Positions 14,772 through 24,880 of a DNA stretch of 35,512 nucleotides are shown piece by piece; position 1 is the stretch's first letter, and every line of letters begins with the position of its first letter. Origin of the DNA: a virus (Duplodnaviria; Caudoviricetes); IMG/VR virus record IMGVR_UViG_3300046170_000151, positions 1 through 35,512 of that record; one strand, written 5' to 3'. The notes below the pieces were generated by a model. It worked only from the letters and a program-made list of their open reading frames with translations, ran no database searches and was not told the DNA's origin. Both the position numbers and the translations under genes were made by a program.

Positions 14772-15107
14772 CTACCACGGAACACCCGCAGCAGTGACAG
14801 GGTTGATCTGCAAATCAATGTTTGATTGCAGACTTGCTTCAGTAGCGTCTTTGTCTACTGAGTCGTACACCCACCCAAGAACAATCTCTTGAGTAAGATC
14901 AGCGTAGGGTACATAGCCTTCTGCTGATGGGTCTGGGCTGAATCCGCAAGTGCCGTAAGAAGAAGCAGTGTACGTTACAGCATCATCTCCTTCGCCTGTG
15001 GTTTCTTCAGCGTTTACTCGCCAGTGTGCGACTATAACAGCGCCGTCCATATCAGAGGGCTGTAGGTCGTACTCGAGAGTTGCTATAGTCCAATTAAATG
15101 TTGTCAT
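14772..15107 (-). CDS. Probable tail-fibre assembly/accessory protein
   Basis: WTIATLE, VAHWRV, VPYADLT, VLGWV, C-terminal VPW; directly downstream of the fibre. Confidence 0.65.
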   Translation of the reverse strand: MTTFNWTIATLEYDLQPSDMDGAVIVAHWRVNAEETTGEGDDAVTYTASSYGTCGFSPDPSAEGYVPYADLTQEIVLGWVYDSVDKDATEASLQSNIDLQINPVTAAGVPW

Positions 15108-15123
15108 CTTAATTTCCTTCTAT

Positions 15124-18100
15124 TTAAAGTGCTGCAATTATAAATGCTAGTAGTTCTGAATAACGCACACCCATACGGCTACGCTCTTCACCTGTTTCTT
15201 CGTCTGTCCACGTTGAATGGATAAACATTGCGTAACGTCCTGCGTCTAAACCCTCTACCTCAAATGCAGCCTGTAGGTCTTGAGCGATAATACCGAAGTG
15301 TATACGAGCATCGTCACCCTTTTCTTCAACGGCAGACTTCCATCGGAATTTACGCAATAGTCCTTTAGCCGCTACAGCAACACGCTGCTCTGCATCAGAT
15401 AGTGACTCAATGTCTTGTTTTTCATTAGCGTCAGAGGTTTGGATTGTGGCGTTGGTAGCGTAGATGTCGTCAAAGCGACGGCTTACTATTCCTAAATCAG
15501 AAGAATCATCTACATTAGGGTAAAACTGAGCAGAACTCCATTTAAAATATACTGTGCCTGCTCTAGCTAAACCACCATCTGCTGTGCTGTTAAAATATGC
15601 TGCCGTACCATCATTAAGAATACTACCTACGGTTGTGCCGTCTTTGCGGAACTCTAAAATGTCGCCGTCATTGCTTAAACGGTTAAAAATTCCTGTTACA
15701 GCTAATGCTCTAACAGCAGAGAATGCTCCGGGTGAAGAGCCATAAAACGTCATACCTGCTGTAGTGTTATCAGCGCTAGTCTTACCAACAAGCAAGTTGC
15801 CATTGGAGTCTATGCGCATACGTTCTGTGTTGCCGGTATAGAACGCCTGAGTATTATAAGAGAGAAATATAGAATTGCTTAGAGTCGTTGAGCTTTCGTT
15901 TGTAGTTTTAAATATTAATCTACTAGTGCCGCCTACTCCACCATACTCAGCTTCTATTTCAGCTCTAACACCAGAAGCATTTGTTGAAGCATCTTGTCCT
16001 TCAAATTCGATCTTGCCTATTGTTTGATTGACTGACGCTGTTGTGTCGGTGTTTTCTATTCTAATCGTTGGGTTTGATGACGCAGAAATATGAAGCAGTT
16101 GATCAGGACTACTAGTACCAATACCAACATTGCCACTGGAGTCTATGCGCATACGTTCTGCGGAAGAACCAGAGTTTCTTGTTTCAAAAGTTAATTCGCC
16201 TGAGTTTGAGCCGTTAGAAACACCATAAATAGCCCCAAACTGTGTAATAGTGCCTCCGCTATCATTGCCTTGAAATATAACAGCAGGCCCAGTCCCAACA
16301 GAATATGTAGAAGTGTCTCTCAGAAGAAGGTCAGCTAGACCATTATTTTCAACGTGCAAGATACGCGAAGGACTACTAGTACCAATACCAACATTGCCGT
16401 TGCTTTGGAGTATTGTAAGGACATCCCCAAGCCCGTCATCGCTAACAACAAAGTCTCCTGTACCAGAATCTCTTCTTAAATCCCAATAAGTGGTGTTATT
16501 AGTAGTAAGCCTTGTTTTAGAAACACTAGCTGTGCCTGATAGGTAGAGGTCTTTGAAGTTTGCTGTAGAAGAGCCTAAATCTATTACATTATTTACAGTA
16601 TTGCCATTTTTATATGGAACAACCTGTGTGTCACCAAAGATTATTCCTGCGTGTGTAGAGTTTCCAGAGATAAAAATATTGTCGCTAAAATCAACACCAA
16701 TAATACCTACGGTTGTGCCGTCTTTGCGGAACTCTACAATAGACCCGTCTGTACCTGTTCTATTAAAGTAACCAACTGTTCCGTTATATCTAGCTACATT
16801 AAAATAACCACCAGAACCTATGTTGTAGACAAGACCATTATCCGCAGAAGAACCTGCATTGTTATTCTGGGTATCTGCATCAGTAGTACCAACAAGCAAG
16901 TTGCCATTGGCGTCGATGCGCATACGTTCTGAGGCGTTAGTGCGAAACTGCATACTGTCATTGCTGTGCTGATACTCTATTCGTCCAGATGCTCCTCCTG
17001 CGTCTGCAAAATGCACAGAGCTATAATTTGATGCTCCTGTTGTTTCTATTCTAACTGTAGGATTTCCAGAGTTTTGAACGTGTAAAGTTTCGTCAGGACT
17101 CGTAGTACCAATACCAACATTGCCAGACTGGTCAATAGACACTCGTTGTAAACTATTGGTTCTTAGCTCTAAATTACCATTGCTTCCATTAGCAGTTATT
17201 GCGGTATTGTATGGCCCACCAGCACTAGCGTCTTTATCGCTAGTAATATTTACTTGACAATAATGGTCTGACTCAAAGTAATAATTAGAAGAATTGCCGG
17301 TAGCGTCATAAAATCTTGCATCACCGCTAACATCAAGTGTGTAGGCAGGACTCGTAGTACCGATACCAACATTGCCTGATGAGTCAATGCGCATACGTTC
17401 TGTGCCGTCAGTACCTATCGCAAGAGGGTCGGCTGATTGCGTCCATAAAAACCCCGCACCAGTTGAGCTTGCTCCAAACCTAACTTCTGTGCTGCTAGTT
17501 GTACTAACTATTTTTAGTTGCTGTGTTCCAGTTTTTTCTATATGTAACGAATGAGTAGGATTCGTAGTACCAATACCCAAAGACTCAGCAGAAGCATCCC
17601 AGAAGAACTTTGCAGTCGTGCCAGTGTCTTCGTAGAAAGAGATGTCGCCTGTCGCGTGGTCAATGCCAATTCGTTTTGCCACAGTGTTGTAAGCATCATT
17701 TATTGTATTGATGTAACCAACGCCACTTTGTGTGCGGATCATTGTATTTAAGTCAGTTATATCAGTATCATTAATAGCAATGTAAGGGTTGCCACTTTCA
17801 ATAAAAATCTTGTCATCAGACGTCACTGTGCCTGTAACGTCTATGCCTGTGGCGGTTGTGGCGAGTTTTTTATTGGCTGCGTAATATAACTCTGTTGCAT
17901 TTGGAGCTACTTTAAAAGTTATATTATCTGATACATCTCTAAATTGAATGTTTGAGCCATTTGACTTTAGGATTAAGTTTCCTGCTCCAACATCCTCAAC
18001 ATAACTGCTACTACCATCATGATAAATCTCTAAGTCATTAGAGTTACCAAACGTAGCCTTCTCATTATCACCAAGAGACAAACCATCAGCAGTGACTGTG

Positions 18101-18885
18101 CCTGTGAAGGTTGGGGAGGCTAGTGGAGCTTTAGAATCTAACTGCGTCTGAATGCTAGACGTAACACCGTCTGTGTAGTTCAGCTCTGTGGCTGTAGCAG
18201 TCAGATCAGATATATCCGCTGCAACGATGGCTCGCTTGTCGTATGTGCCAGAAGCGTTGCCGATAAAGATATTGCCGTCTGTCAGGTTAGGTACGTCATT
18301 GGAGCGACCAGAACCCATAACAACGCCGCCGCCATTGGAAGCATTGACCTTAGTAACTCTACCAAGATTCTGTACTAATACGGACTCACCAGTTGGACGA
18401 GTGTTTGTATATCCACCACCAGACGCAACATAGATAACATCGCCTTCACTAAACGCGCTTGTATCTATGCCAGAGATGCGACCCATTAATAGCAGAGTGC
18501 CTTCCGCGCCAGCTATGAGGTCTTCAGCCAATACACCTACCGCTGGCATAGTAGCAGCGCTAGACGCATCAGCAGGGGCGATCTCCATGAAGTTACCAGC
18601 AGTACCTGTCTGGTAGACCGGAGTACCCTTTAGTATGGTAGAGCCTGTGCCGTTCTTACACAGCTCCTCGATGGTGTCTGACTCTACTGTGAGAGTTCCT
18701 GCGGTATCATCGTAATCAGTGGTGATACCGAGACCAGGAACAATCAACGTACTAACACGGTCATCTACCAATTCATTTAATGCCGAGGTTTCTACCTTGT
18801 TATTATTAAGATTGGTAAAGTTAGCATCTACTTCGTCATTTTCAAGAGGCGAGCCTTTACCCGCCCGAGTAATAATTGTAGCCAT
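15124..18885 (-). CDS. Long tail fibre with ERMRID-GNVGIGT repeats and C-terminal peptidase S74 chaperone
   Basis: TRAGKGSPL...EVDANFTNLN anchor; repeated modules; IQTSDANEK, HFGIIAQDL, GVRYSEL. Confidence 0.92.
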   Translation of the reverse strand: MATIITRAGKGSPLENDEVDANFTNLNNNKVETSALNELVDDRVSTLIVPGLGITTDYDDTAGTLTVESDTIEELCKNGTGSTILKGTPVYQTGTAGNFMEIAPADASSAATMPAVGVLAEDLIAGAEGTLLLMGRISGIDTSAFSEGDVIYVASGGGYTNTRPTGESVLVQNLGRVTKVNASNGGGVVMGSGRSNDVPNLTDGNIFIGNASGTYDKRAIVAADISDLTATATELNYTDGVTSSIQTQLDSKAPLASPTFTGTVTADGLSLGDNEKATFGNSNDLEIYHDGSSSYVEDVGAGNLILKSNGSNIQFRDVSDNITFKVAPNATELYYAANKKLATTATGIDVTGTVTSDDKIFIESGNPYIAINDTDITDLNTMIRTQSGVGYINTINDAYNTVAKRIGIDHATGDISFYEDTGTTAKFFWDASAESLGIGTTNPTHSLHIEKTGTQQLKIVSTTSSTEVRFGASSTGAGFLWTQSADPLAIGTDGTERMRIDSSGNVGIGTTSPAYTLDVSGDARFYDATGNSSNYYFESDHYCQVNITSDKDASAGGPYNTAITANGSNGNLELRTNSLQRVSIDQSGNVGIGTTSPDETLHVQNSGNPTVRIETTGASNYSSVHFADAGGASGRIEYQHSNDSMQFRTNASERMRIDANGNLLVGTTDADTQNNNAGSSADNGLVYNIGSGGYFNVARYNGTVGYFNRTGTDGSIVEFRKDGTTVGIIGVDFSDNIFISGNSTHAGIIFGDTQVVPYKNGNTVNNVIDLGSSTANFKDLYLSGTASVSKTRLTTNNTTYWDLRRDSGTGDFVVSDDGLGDVLTILQSNGNVGIGTSSPSRILHVENNGLADLLLRDTSTYSVGTGPAVIFQGNDSGGTITQFGAIYGVSNGSNSGELTFETRNSGSSAERMRIDSSGNVGIGTSSPDQLLHISASSNPTIRIENTDTTASVNQTIGKIEFEGQDASTNASGVRAEIEAEYGGVGGTSRLIFKTTNESSTTLSNSIFLSYNTQAFYTGNTERMRIDSNGNLLVGKTSADNTTAGMTFYGSSPGAFSAVRALAVTGIFNRLSNDGDILEFRKDGTTVGSILNDGTAAYFNSTADGGLARAGTVYFKWSSAQFYPNVDDSSDLGIVSRRFDDIYATNATIQTSDANEKQDIESLSDAEQRVAVAAKGLLRKFRWKSAVEEKGDDARIHFGIIAQDLQAAFEVEGLDAGRYAMFIHSTWTDEETGEERSRMGVRYSELLAFIIAAL
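15624..17580. repeat. DNA-level dispersed repeats inside the tail fibre gene
   Basis: 33-bp exact repeat 15624-15656/16704-16736; 30-bp exact repeat 16105-16134/16369-16398; ATGCGCATACGTTCTG at 15812, 16145, 16916, 17387. Confidence 0.9.
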
Positions 18886-18904
18886 AATCGCCTCTATCTA
18901 ATGT

Positions 18905-19351
18905 TTAGGATGCAGAAAGTGTAATAGTCCAAGTAATCGCGAGCGTATCGTTTGCGCCCTTGTTGACTACATCAAAGACCGTACGACATAGCATAGTGCC
19001 AGCGGTAGCATCGTTAAAGATACCTGCCTCTGTGACAGCGCCTGTGCCTGTACCAGAAGCGTAACTTGAAGCATAGGTAACCACACCACCAGCCACAGTC
19101 GTTGAGCTAAGAGCCTCACGAGCAAGCTGTGTGCCTAGAGTGGTATCGCCAGCCGCAGCAGCAGATGTGCCAGAACCGATAGCCATGTGAGACATAGCAT
19201 CCTCAGTAACGTCCTTCATTCGTGAAGCAATGTAGCCAAGACCAGTGGTCACGACCAAGTTATTGATTTCACGGCTTTCTTTAACAGCGCCAGACTCGTC
19301 TTTTAGGACTACGTTGAGCCGACCTGTGGCTTTAATATTTGAATTAAACAT
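18905..19351 (-). CDS. Tail/baseplate-associated structural protein
   Basis: NLVVTTG, MAIGSG, AVTEAGIFN, MLCRTVF, LAITWTIT. Confidence 0.8.
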   Translation of the reverse strand: MFNSNIKATGRLNVVLKDESGAVKESREINNLVVTTGLGYIASRMKDVTEDAMSHMAIGSGTSAAAAGDTTLGTQLAREALSSTTVAGGVVTYASSYASGTGTGAVTEAGIFNDATAGTMLCRTVFDVVNKGANDTLAITWTITLSAS

Positions 19352-19360
19352 AATCTATCC

Positions 19361-19996
19361 TCAAAATATTCTCTTGTCGCCGACATAATCGTCAGCAAAA
19401 TAGTAAGGATTATCAACGTAATCCTGATTAAGTAGTGTTCCAGAGTCTGCTCCTAAGAGTGTATCAGATTCACCTTTATCCAACAATTTAACAGTTGTTT
19501 CAACAGCTTGTAATGCGTCCTCAAGACCAACTGATACGCTAAGTAGCGTTAAATCAGAGGTTAATGAAGAGTCTGTAAACTGCCTTTGATACGCCGCTGT
19601 TCTATCTAGTGACTCGCTAACAAAAGCTATATCTGACCTAACTTTAATAAATTGAATGGTTTGGTCATCATCTAATGAAGCCTCACCACCTAAGTCATCG
19701 GTTGCATAAACCTGGTCACTTAAAGACTTAACGGAATCAAACTTAATAGATTCAGACGCGCTAATAGAATCTTCTAGTCCCTTATTAGCATCTAATACTT
19801 GATCGTCAGAAGTTAAAAACTGGTCAGAAGCGCTTTTTCCTAAAGTCTTAGATATGCTTTCTGATACAGAAACAGAGTTAATTAGCTGCTTAATAAAGAT
19901 AAAGATGCCAATAAGGACGTTCTTCAGCCGAAGTCTATTAGACTCTACAGTTGCTTTTAGCCTTTTTGATACAGCTAATATCTTTAAATAACGCAC
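19361..19996 (-). CDS. Ser/Asp-rich tail structural protein
   Basis: K-x-L-S-D repeats, C-terminal YFADDYVG; GTG start coupled to the upstream stop. Confidence 0.7.
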   Translation of the reverse strand: MRYLKILAVSKRLKATVESNRLRLKNVLIGIFIFIKQLINSVSVSESISKTLGKSASDQFLTSDDQVLDANKGLEDSISASESIKFDSVKSLSDQVYATDDLGGEASLDDDQTIQFIKVRSDIAFVSESLDRTAAYQRQFTDSSLTSDLTLLSVSVGLEDALQAVETTVKLLDKGESDTLLGADSGTLLNQDYVDNPYYFADDYVGDKRIF

Positions 19997-20322
19997 TAGT
20001 AATCCTCTCGAACCACGAACTCTAGCTCTTCAAACACCGTCTCAATAGCTCCGCTGCCAAAGGTAACCTCAACCTCGCCCACATAGTCACCAGATGGAAT
20101 GTCTAGCGAAGTACCGTTGAAGTTAAATATCGCCTCCCCATTCTCAAAGTCGGATAAGACCTCTGCCTGAATAGTAGACAGGATATTAGAGGTATTCCTG
20201 CGTTTGAATTTTAGAAGTACGGTAGCGCCTGTCAGGTTGACTACCGCCCCGGTATCGTCACGAGTGACAGTAACCTTAACCTGCGCTCCGCTATCGTTCT
20301 GTACTAGATATAAAGTGTCCAT
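19996..20322 (-). CDS. BppU-like baseplate/adaptor protein
   Basis: LVQND, VNLTGATV, GDYVGEVEVTF, FVVREDY. Confidence 0.7.
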   Translation of the reverse strand: MDTLYLVQNDSGAQVKVTVTRDDTGAVVNLTGATVLLKFKRRNTSNILSTIQAEVLSDFENGEAIFNFNGTSLDIPSGDYVGEVEVTFGSGAIETVFEELEFVVREDY

Positions 20323-20325
20323 AAA

Positions 20326-23300
20326 TCATCCACATAGGTAGATACAGGCGATCTGTTTGACCTCACCTGCTGAGAATGTAGCGCCCTCACGAGCCTTAGC
20401 CACGGTATAGGATCGTATTATATCATCTCCCTGCTTCATGCCTTTTCCAGCCATAGAACTGGTCACAATCAGGTCTCCTATCTGGATGTCGCCACCCTCG
20501 CCGCAGACGTTAATCTGGCCTTCACCGATAGAATTAACTATTGAGATATCGTGGGTTTCTTTGATGGTAGTGACTTCGCTGATCGCAATATGAACCTGCG
20601 TGACTTCTTCACCCTCTGGGTTCATGACGCTTTCAGTATGATCAATCAAAGCCGCTGGCGGGTTGTCTTCTGTAAGCTCTCTGCGAGATACAAACACGCC
20701 AATTGCGCCAGGTTGATTAGCTGAACTAGATTTATCGCCGTAGCAGATAACGTCTGATACTCCACGTTTACCCACTACCCCATTATCAATAACAATATCT
20801 CCCGAATCAAAACTGAGACTCTTAGGAGTGACGCTATCGTGCGAAGCTGTAAATGGCCCGATTGTCCCGCTGACTACATAGGCTGCATAACCGTCACCAG
20901 TAGAAAACTTTGCTTCCGCGCTAGAAGAAGTATTAATAGTTCTAAGAGCTGGGTTTCTTGCAGTAGCAGAGCCTACATTTCTCCTTTGAATAAACTGAGC
21001 AGTAGTGTCTGAATATCCTCTAACATCAAATGCGATACCAATACTATTGCCTGAGCTTTCTGATGCCACTTGTGAAACATAACTTCCGCTTCCATTGCCA
21101 TCAACACGCATTGTGTCGCCATTATCAGAGTTAAAAAACACTCTGTAATAGCCGCTATTAGATGTGGAATCGTCTAAATAGACCATGACTCCATCGCCGC
21201 CAACCGTACTAGTCCTAGTTACATATAAAGCTGAGTTAGCAGCTCCGTCTGATCCTAGACTTAACTTAGTCGCGCCTCCCGCTGTATTAATTACGCCAGC
21301 AGTAATCGTACCTAAGTCAGCGTTGATAGCGGATAAGCTAGTAGTGGAGATTTTCCCGCCGTCAATTGATGTGACGTTATTTTCTATACCGTCTTGAATA
21401 TTGGTAAAAGTAACCAACCCATCAAAGTTCTGCCACTCAAACACTGCGCTTTTAGTGATAGTTTGACTGCCGCCAAAAGTAGATTCAGAGACTGCATATC
21501 TAACCGCCCAGAAAGATGTCCCTTCCTGTGGCGTAGGGACGGAAACCGCAGTAGACCAGCCGCTAGAGATCGTTGAGAACTGACCTGTAACGAAGTTAAA
21601 TCCACTTAGAGTAGGAGAGCTAGGAGCTGAAGATGTTGCAAAAGCATAATAAACATATCCACTTGCGCTTCTCGTCCCAGTTGCTCCATCCGTTCCATCT
21701 TGCGGGTCTGCCAAAGTAGTCGCAGACGCTCCAGCGCTAAATGCAGATTTATTACCGCTGAAATCCACTGTCTTAAGATAGTAATATCGAGTCTGCAACT
21801 CAGTCAGACCGCCCTCAACAAACGTGTCACCTGATATCTCACCGATTAAAGTAGCTGAGCCAGAACCAGATGTATTCCCGCCATAGACTTCAACTTTGGC
21901 AAAGTCCGAATCAGATGGATTAGTCCAAGTGACAGTATTAGACCTATAGCCAGATAATGCTGTGACGCTAGTGGCAACGCCGGGAGCTGCGACATCACCA
22001 TTAACCGTAAACGTAGTAGAGGTAAACGCGCCCTTGACGTTGAGCGTATTGATCGCTCTGATACGAATCGTAACGCTTATGCCTACTTCCGCATTGTAGA
22101 ACTCGTACTTAGGAACACTAGTGAAGATACTCTTAAACTCAGTGTCAGCCTCAGAGGTCAGCTTGTACTGTATCTCGTACTGATTGACTAGACGGTCGTA
22201 TGAAGTATCCCACTCGATAAAGCCAGTAGGTATGACAGTGCCGTCTGAGCCTAGCGTAGTGGTCTCGGTGACTGTGATGTTAGACACCACGCCAACCGTA
22301 AATGGATCAGGCAGGTTCGTATCCGGGTAATCAGTCTGCTCTGTACCTTCTTCCCATGTGTAGATTGTGGAATCGTACTCAAGCAATGCCAGGTCTACTG
22401 TTCCGTCATCATTGAGCTGCATACCAATGACCTGGAACGGCTTTGCTACCCAGCCGGGCGTAGCGTGAGTAATTGATACCACATCGGCTACTTCAAGCTG
22501 TAACGCCTCTGATGTTGTCTTTAGCGCGCAGGTGATTGCGTTCCTAGAGCGAAGCAAGATAACCCTGGCTAAGTCTCTAGCCTGGTAGTAGTTAGTGATA
22601 GTGTCTAGCTCTAGCTCTTCATGTAGCAAAACACCGCCATCTTCAGCTAGATAGGCTGTTTCCTCAGCAGAGTCGGCAGGAGGCCATATCGCAGTGTCAG
22701 GTTGCCAGTTAGCATCAGGATTAGGGAATTTCACCGTTACCCGGTTGAACTTCTCGTCCTTGCTCTCGCCCTTAATCTGAATGCCGCCAATAATTGTGTC
22801 ATTGGTAAACGTGAATTCGCTGCTGCGCGACCCGTCAATCTTAAGGCGATATTGACCCTGTGAGTAAGGCAGGAAGCCACGGCATCCCAAAAGCAAAGTA
22901 TTCAGGTTGTCAAACAGAGTCTTAGAAGTGTCCAAAACCACGTTGCAAGTAAACAGCTTACCCGAGCCGCCGCCATCGTATAGCGTGACAGACTCATCAC
23001 AGGCATTAGCCGCAGCGATTATTGCAGGATCATCAATGGCGCTGAGCGGTAAGCCTTTACCGTATCTAGTGTTAGTGAGGTAGTCCCGGACACATAGAGC
23101 AGGGTTATCAGACCAAGCAGTAGTATCTGTTCGCGGGTCATATACCTTCTTTCCCTTAACCACGGCAGTAATATCAGGGATGCCTGAGAATGCTTCCTCA
23201 TCCCACTTTAGCCTGACCCCAATAAACGCCACGCCTCTAAGTCTATGCTCTGCCGTCCAAAACTCGTTGGCTTCTCTCAGTAGAGCTGTATCAGGCATGA

Positions 23301-23751
23301 CTTGGTCATCGCCGCCTAGATACACATCGATGCCTACCAAACCTGAATACTTAGGGTCAGTAATAGGTAAGTCATCAATTATGAAATCTGTAATGCTTTC
23401 TACTTCGCCCTCAGCCATAACTAATGCAATGTAAAGATACTCATTAGTTGGAGTAGCGCTGACATCGTCATAAACTAAAGTGTCAGGATGAAAACCAGTG
23501 TACCAGTTAGTCTCGCCGCCTACCGTCTTGTATGTACCGTCAGTAGATACAAATACCCGGACACCGCCAACCCTTCGCTCGCCATAGATAACAGGTATTT
23601 GCTCAATATTGGATTCTTTGTTGACCAGTACACCGCGCTGCTCATCATTCGCCTTCTTAGCAGCTTTCTGAGCCTTGCGAGCCTGTACATAAGATACTGC
23701 GCCACTTGCAACGCTAAATATTGCAGCAAGGATAAGCCATGGTCCAGCCAT
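20326..23751 (-). CDS. Tip attachment protein J-like central tail fibre with FN3 domains
   Basis: IPVIYGERRVGG, EGEVESI, KGKKVYDPR, WSDNPALC; FN3-like repeats. Confidence 0.9.
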   Translation of the reverse strand: MAGPWLILAAIFSVASGAVSYVQARKAQKAAKKANDEQRGVLVNKESNIEQIPVIYGERRVGGVRVFVSTDGTYKTVGGETNWYTGFHPDTLVYDDVSATPTNEYLYIALVMAEGEVESITDFIIDDLPITDPKYSGLVGIDVYLGGDDQVMPDTALLREANEFWTAEHRLRGVAFIGVRLKWDEEAFSGIPDITAVVKGKKVYDPRTDTTAWSDNPALCVRDYLTNTRYGKGLPLSAIDDPAIIAAANACDESVTLYDGGGSGKLFTCNVVLDTSKTLFDNLNTLLLGCRGFLPYSQGQYRLKIDGSRSSEFTFTNDTIIGGIQIKGESKDEKFNRVTVKFPNPDANWQPDTAIWPPADSAEETAYLAEDGGVLLHEELELDTITNYYQARDLARVILLRSRNAITCALKTTSEALQLEVADVVSITHATPGWVAKPFQVIGMQLNDDGTVDLALLEYDSTIYTWEEGTEQTDYPDTNLPDPFTVGVVSNITVTETTTLGSDGTVIPTGFIEWDTSYDRLVNQYEIQYKLTSEADTEFKSIFTSVPKYEFYNAEVGISVTIRIRAINTLNVKGAFTSTTFTVNGDVAAPGVATSVTALSGYRSNTVTWTNPSDSDFAKVEVYGGNTSGSGSATLIGEISGDTFVEGGLTELQTRYYYLKTVDFSGNKSAFSAGASATTLADPQDGTDGATGTRSASGYVYYAFATSSAPSSPTLSGFNFVTGQFSTISSGWSTAVSVPTPQEGTSFWAVRYAVSESTFGGSQTITKSAVFEWQNFDGLVTFTNIQDGIENNVTSIDGGKISTTSLSAINADLGTITAGVINTAGGATKLSLGSDGAANSALYVTRTSTVGGDGVMVYLDDSTSNSGYYRVFFNSDNGDTMRVDGNGSGSYVSQVASESSGNSIGIAFDVRGYSDTTAQFIQRRNVGSATARNPALRTINTSSSAEAKFSTGDGYAAYVVSGTIGPFTASHDSVTPKSLSFDSGDIVIDNGVVGKRGVSDVICYGDKSSSANQPGAIGVFVSRRELTEDNPPAALIDHTESVMNPEGEEVTQVHIAISEVTTIKETHDISIVNSIGEGQINVCGEGGDIQIGDLIVTSSMAGKGMKQGDDIIRSYTVAKAREGATFSAGEVKQIACIYLCG

Positions 23752-24305
23752 TATGATTTACCCCATTTAATTTCTTTATTGGTCTCTGAGGCAAACTCAA
23801 AGCCTTTATCGCCAGGGAAATAAAGCTGTTGAGTATTATTGTTCGTCTTTCTTCCGTTATGCAGATCAAAATCCTTCCAGTGACTAGCAACCTCTACAGA
23901 CACGGTACTGCTATTATCTGAATCTTCCATAGAATAAGAAGCAATTCTGCCATCAAAAACTAGGATTGGAGAGCCTATGACAACGTCGGAGTTATCTAAT
24001 ACTGCCTTCCAGATTCTTGTTCTAACATCCATATAATCATTAGTTAGAAACAAGGCTACGAATGTCTGGCTAACACCTGAGAACACCAATGTAGAAGAGT
24101 TGACCTGGAGTTCAGAGCTTTCGTTGAACTGGTCTATTTCTAACAGGTCAGAGCTGCTATCAAAGGTAGTACTGAGCGCAGACACATTACGCGCCCAATC
24201 AGTCACTTTGATCGGCGTGTCAAAATCTAACTGTACTAAATTGGCAAGATTGAGATTATCGCTATTCAGCGCAGTAATCGTTGCCGAATCGATCTCTCTG
24301 CTCAT
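23751..24305 (-). CDS. Tail tip / hub protein
   Basis: Between distal tail and J; FDGRI, GRKTN, QQLYFPGDKGFEF. Confidence 0.75.
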   Translation of the reverse strand: MSREIDSATITALNSDNLNLANLVQLDFDTPIKVTDWARNVSALSTTFDSSSDLLEIDQFNESSELQVNSSTLVFSGVSQTFVALFLTNDYMDVRTRIWKAVLDNSDVVIGSPILVFDGRIASYSMEDSDNSSTVSVEVASHWKDFDLHNGRKTNNNTQQLYFPGDKGFEFASETNKEIKWGKS

Positions 24306-24880
24306 ATTGCCTCAATAAAGTCTACTTCGTAGCTATAGGATAGGTCGGTAGCAATACCGTATTCTTGGACATCGTTATTCAAGCGTACGGTAAAAGGTAC
24401 GTCATCATAGGTCACAGTCTCGTTATCCGATATCGCAGATACAAGAGCTGGCTGGAAACTCAGGCTTCCGCTACCACTGCGATCTGCTGTAGCCATGTAA
24501 ACCTTGTTGTGATTGGCGAACTTAAATACGTCACCCGCCTTCAGAGTGCCTGTGAAGCCGTCTACGGCGATTGAAGTGTCACCTATACTGCCAGCCGCAG
24601 AAGATAACATCGTTCCTGAGACGCTCCCAGAGGAGCTAGAAATCTCTGGCAATACGATGGTAAAGGTCTCAGCCATCCCGCGCTGCGCCATAATGAACCC
24701 CATGACAGGAGAAAACTCACCTCTAGTCATAGGAGGGTAAGCGGCTGTAAATGTAAACCGCTGACCGCCGATATTCCTTACCTGAGTGCGACCAGAGATT
24801 GTCTGGCTGCTCAGATTAAAGAACTCGCTGCGGAAGTTTGCAGAGGTGAAAACAGGACTTGTCGGGTAAGTTCCACTCAT
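24302..24880 (-). CDS. Distal tail protein
   Basis: Follows TMP; SGRTQ, GDVFKFANHNKVY, DFIEAI. Confidence 0.75.
   Translation of the reverse strand: MSGTYPTSPVFTSANFRSEFFNLSSQTISGRTQVRNIGGQRFTFTAAYPPMTRGEFSPVMGFIMAQRGMAETFTIVLPEISSSSGSVSGTMLSSAAGSIGDTSIAVDGFTGTLKAGDVFKFANHNKVYMATADRSGSGSLSFQPALVSAISDNETVTYDDVPFTVRLNNDVQEYGIATDLSYSYEVDFIEAI

Noticed and set aside
15124-18885. Diversity-generating retroelement or shufflon in the tail fibre
   Set aside because: No reverse transcriptase or invertase; repeats are short, direct and in-frame, and mismatches are not adenine-specific.
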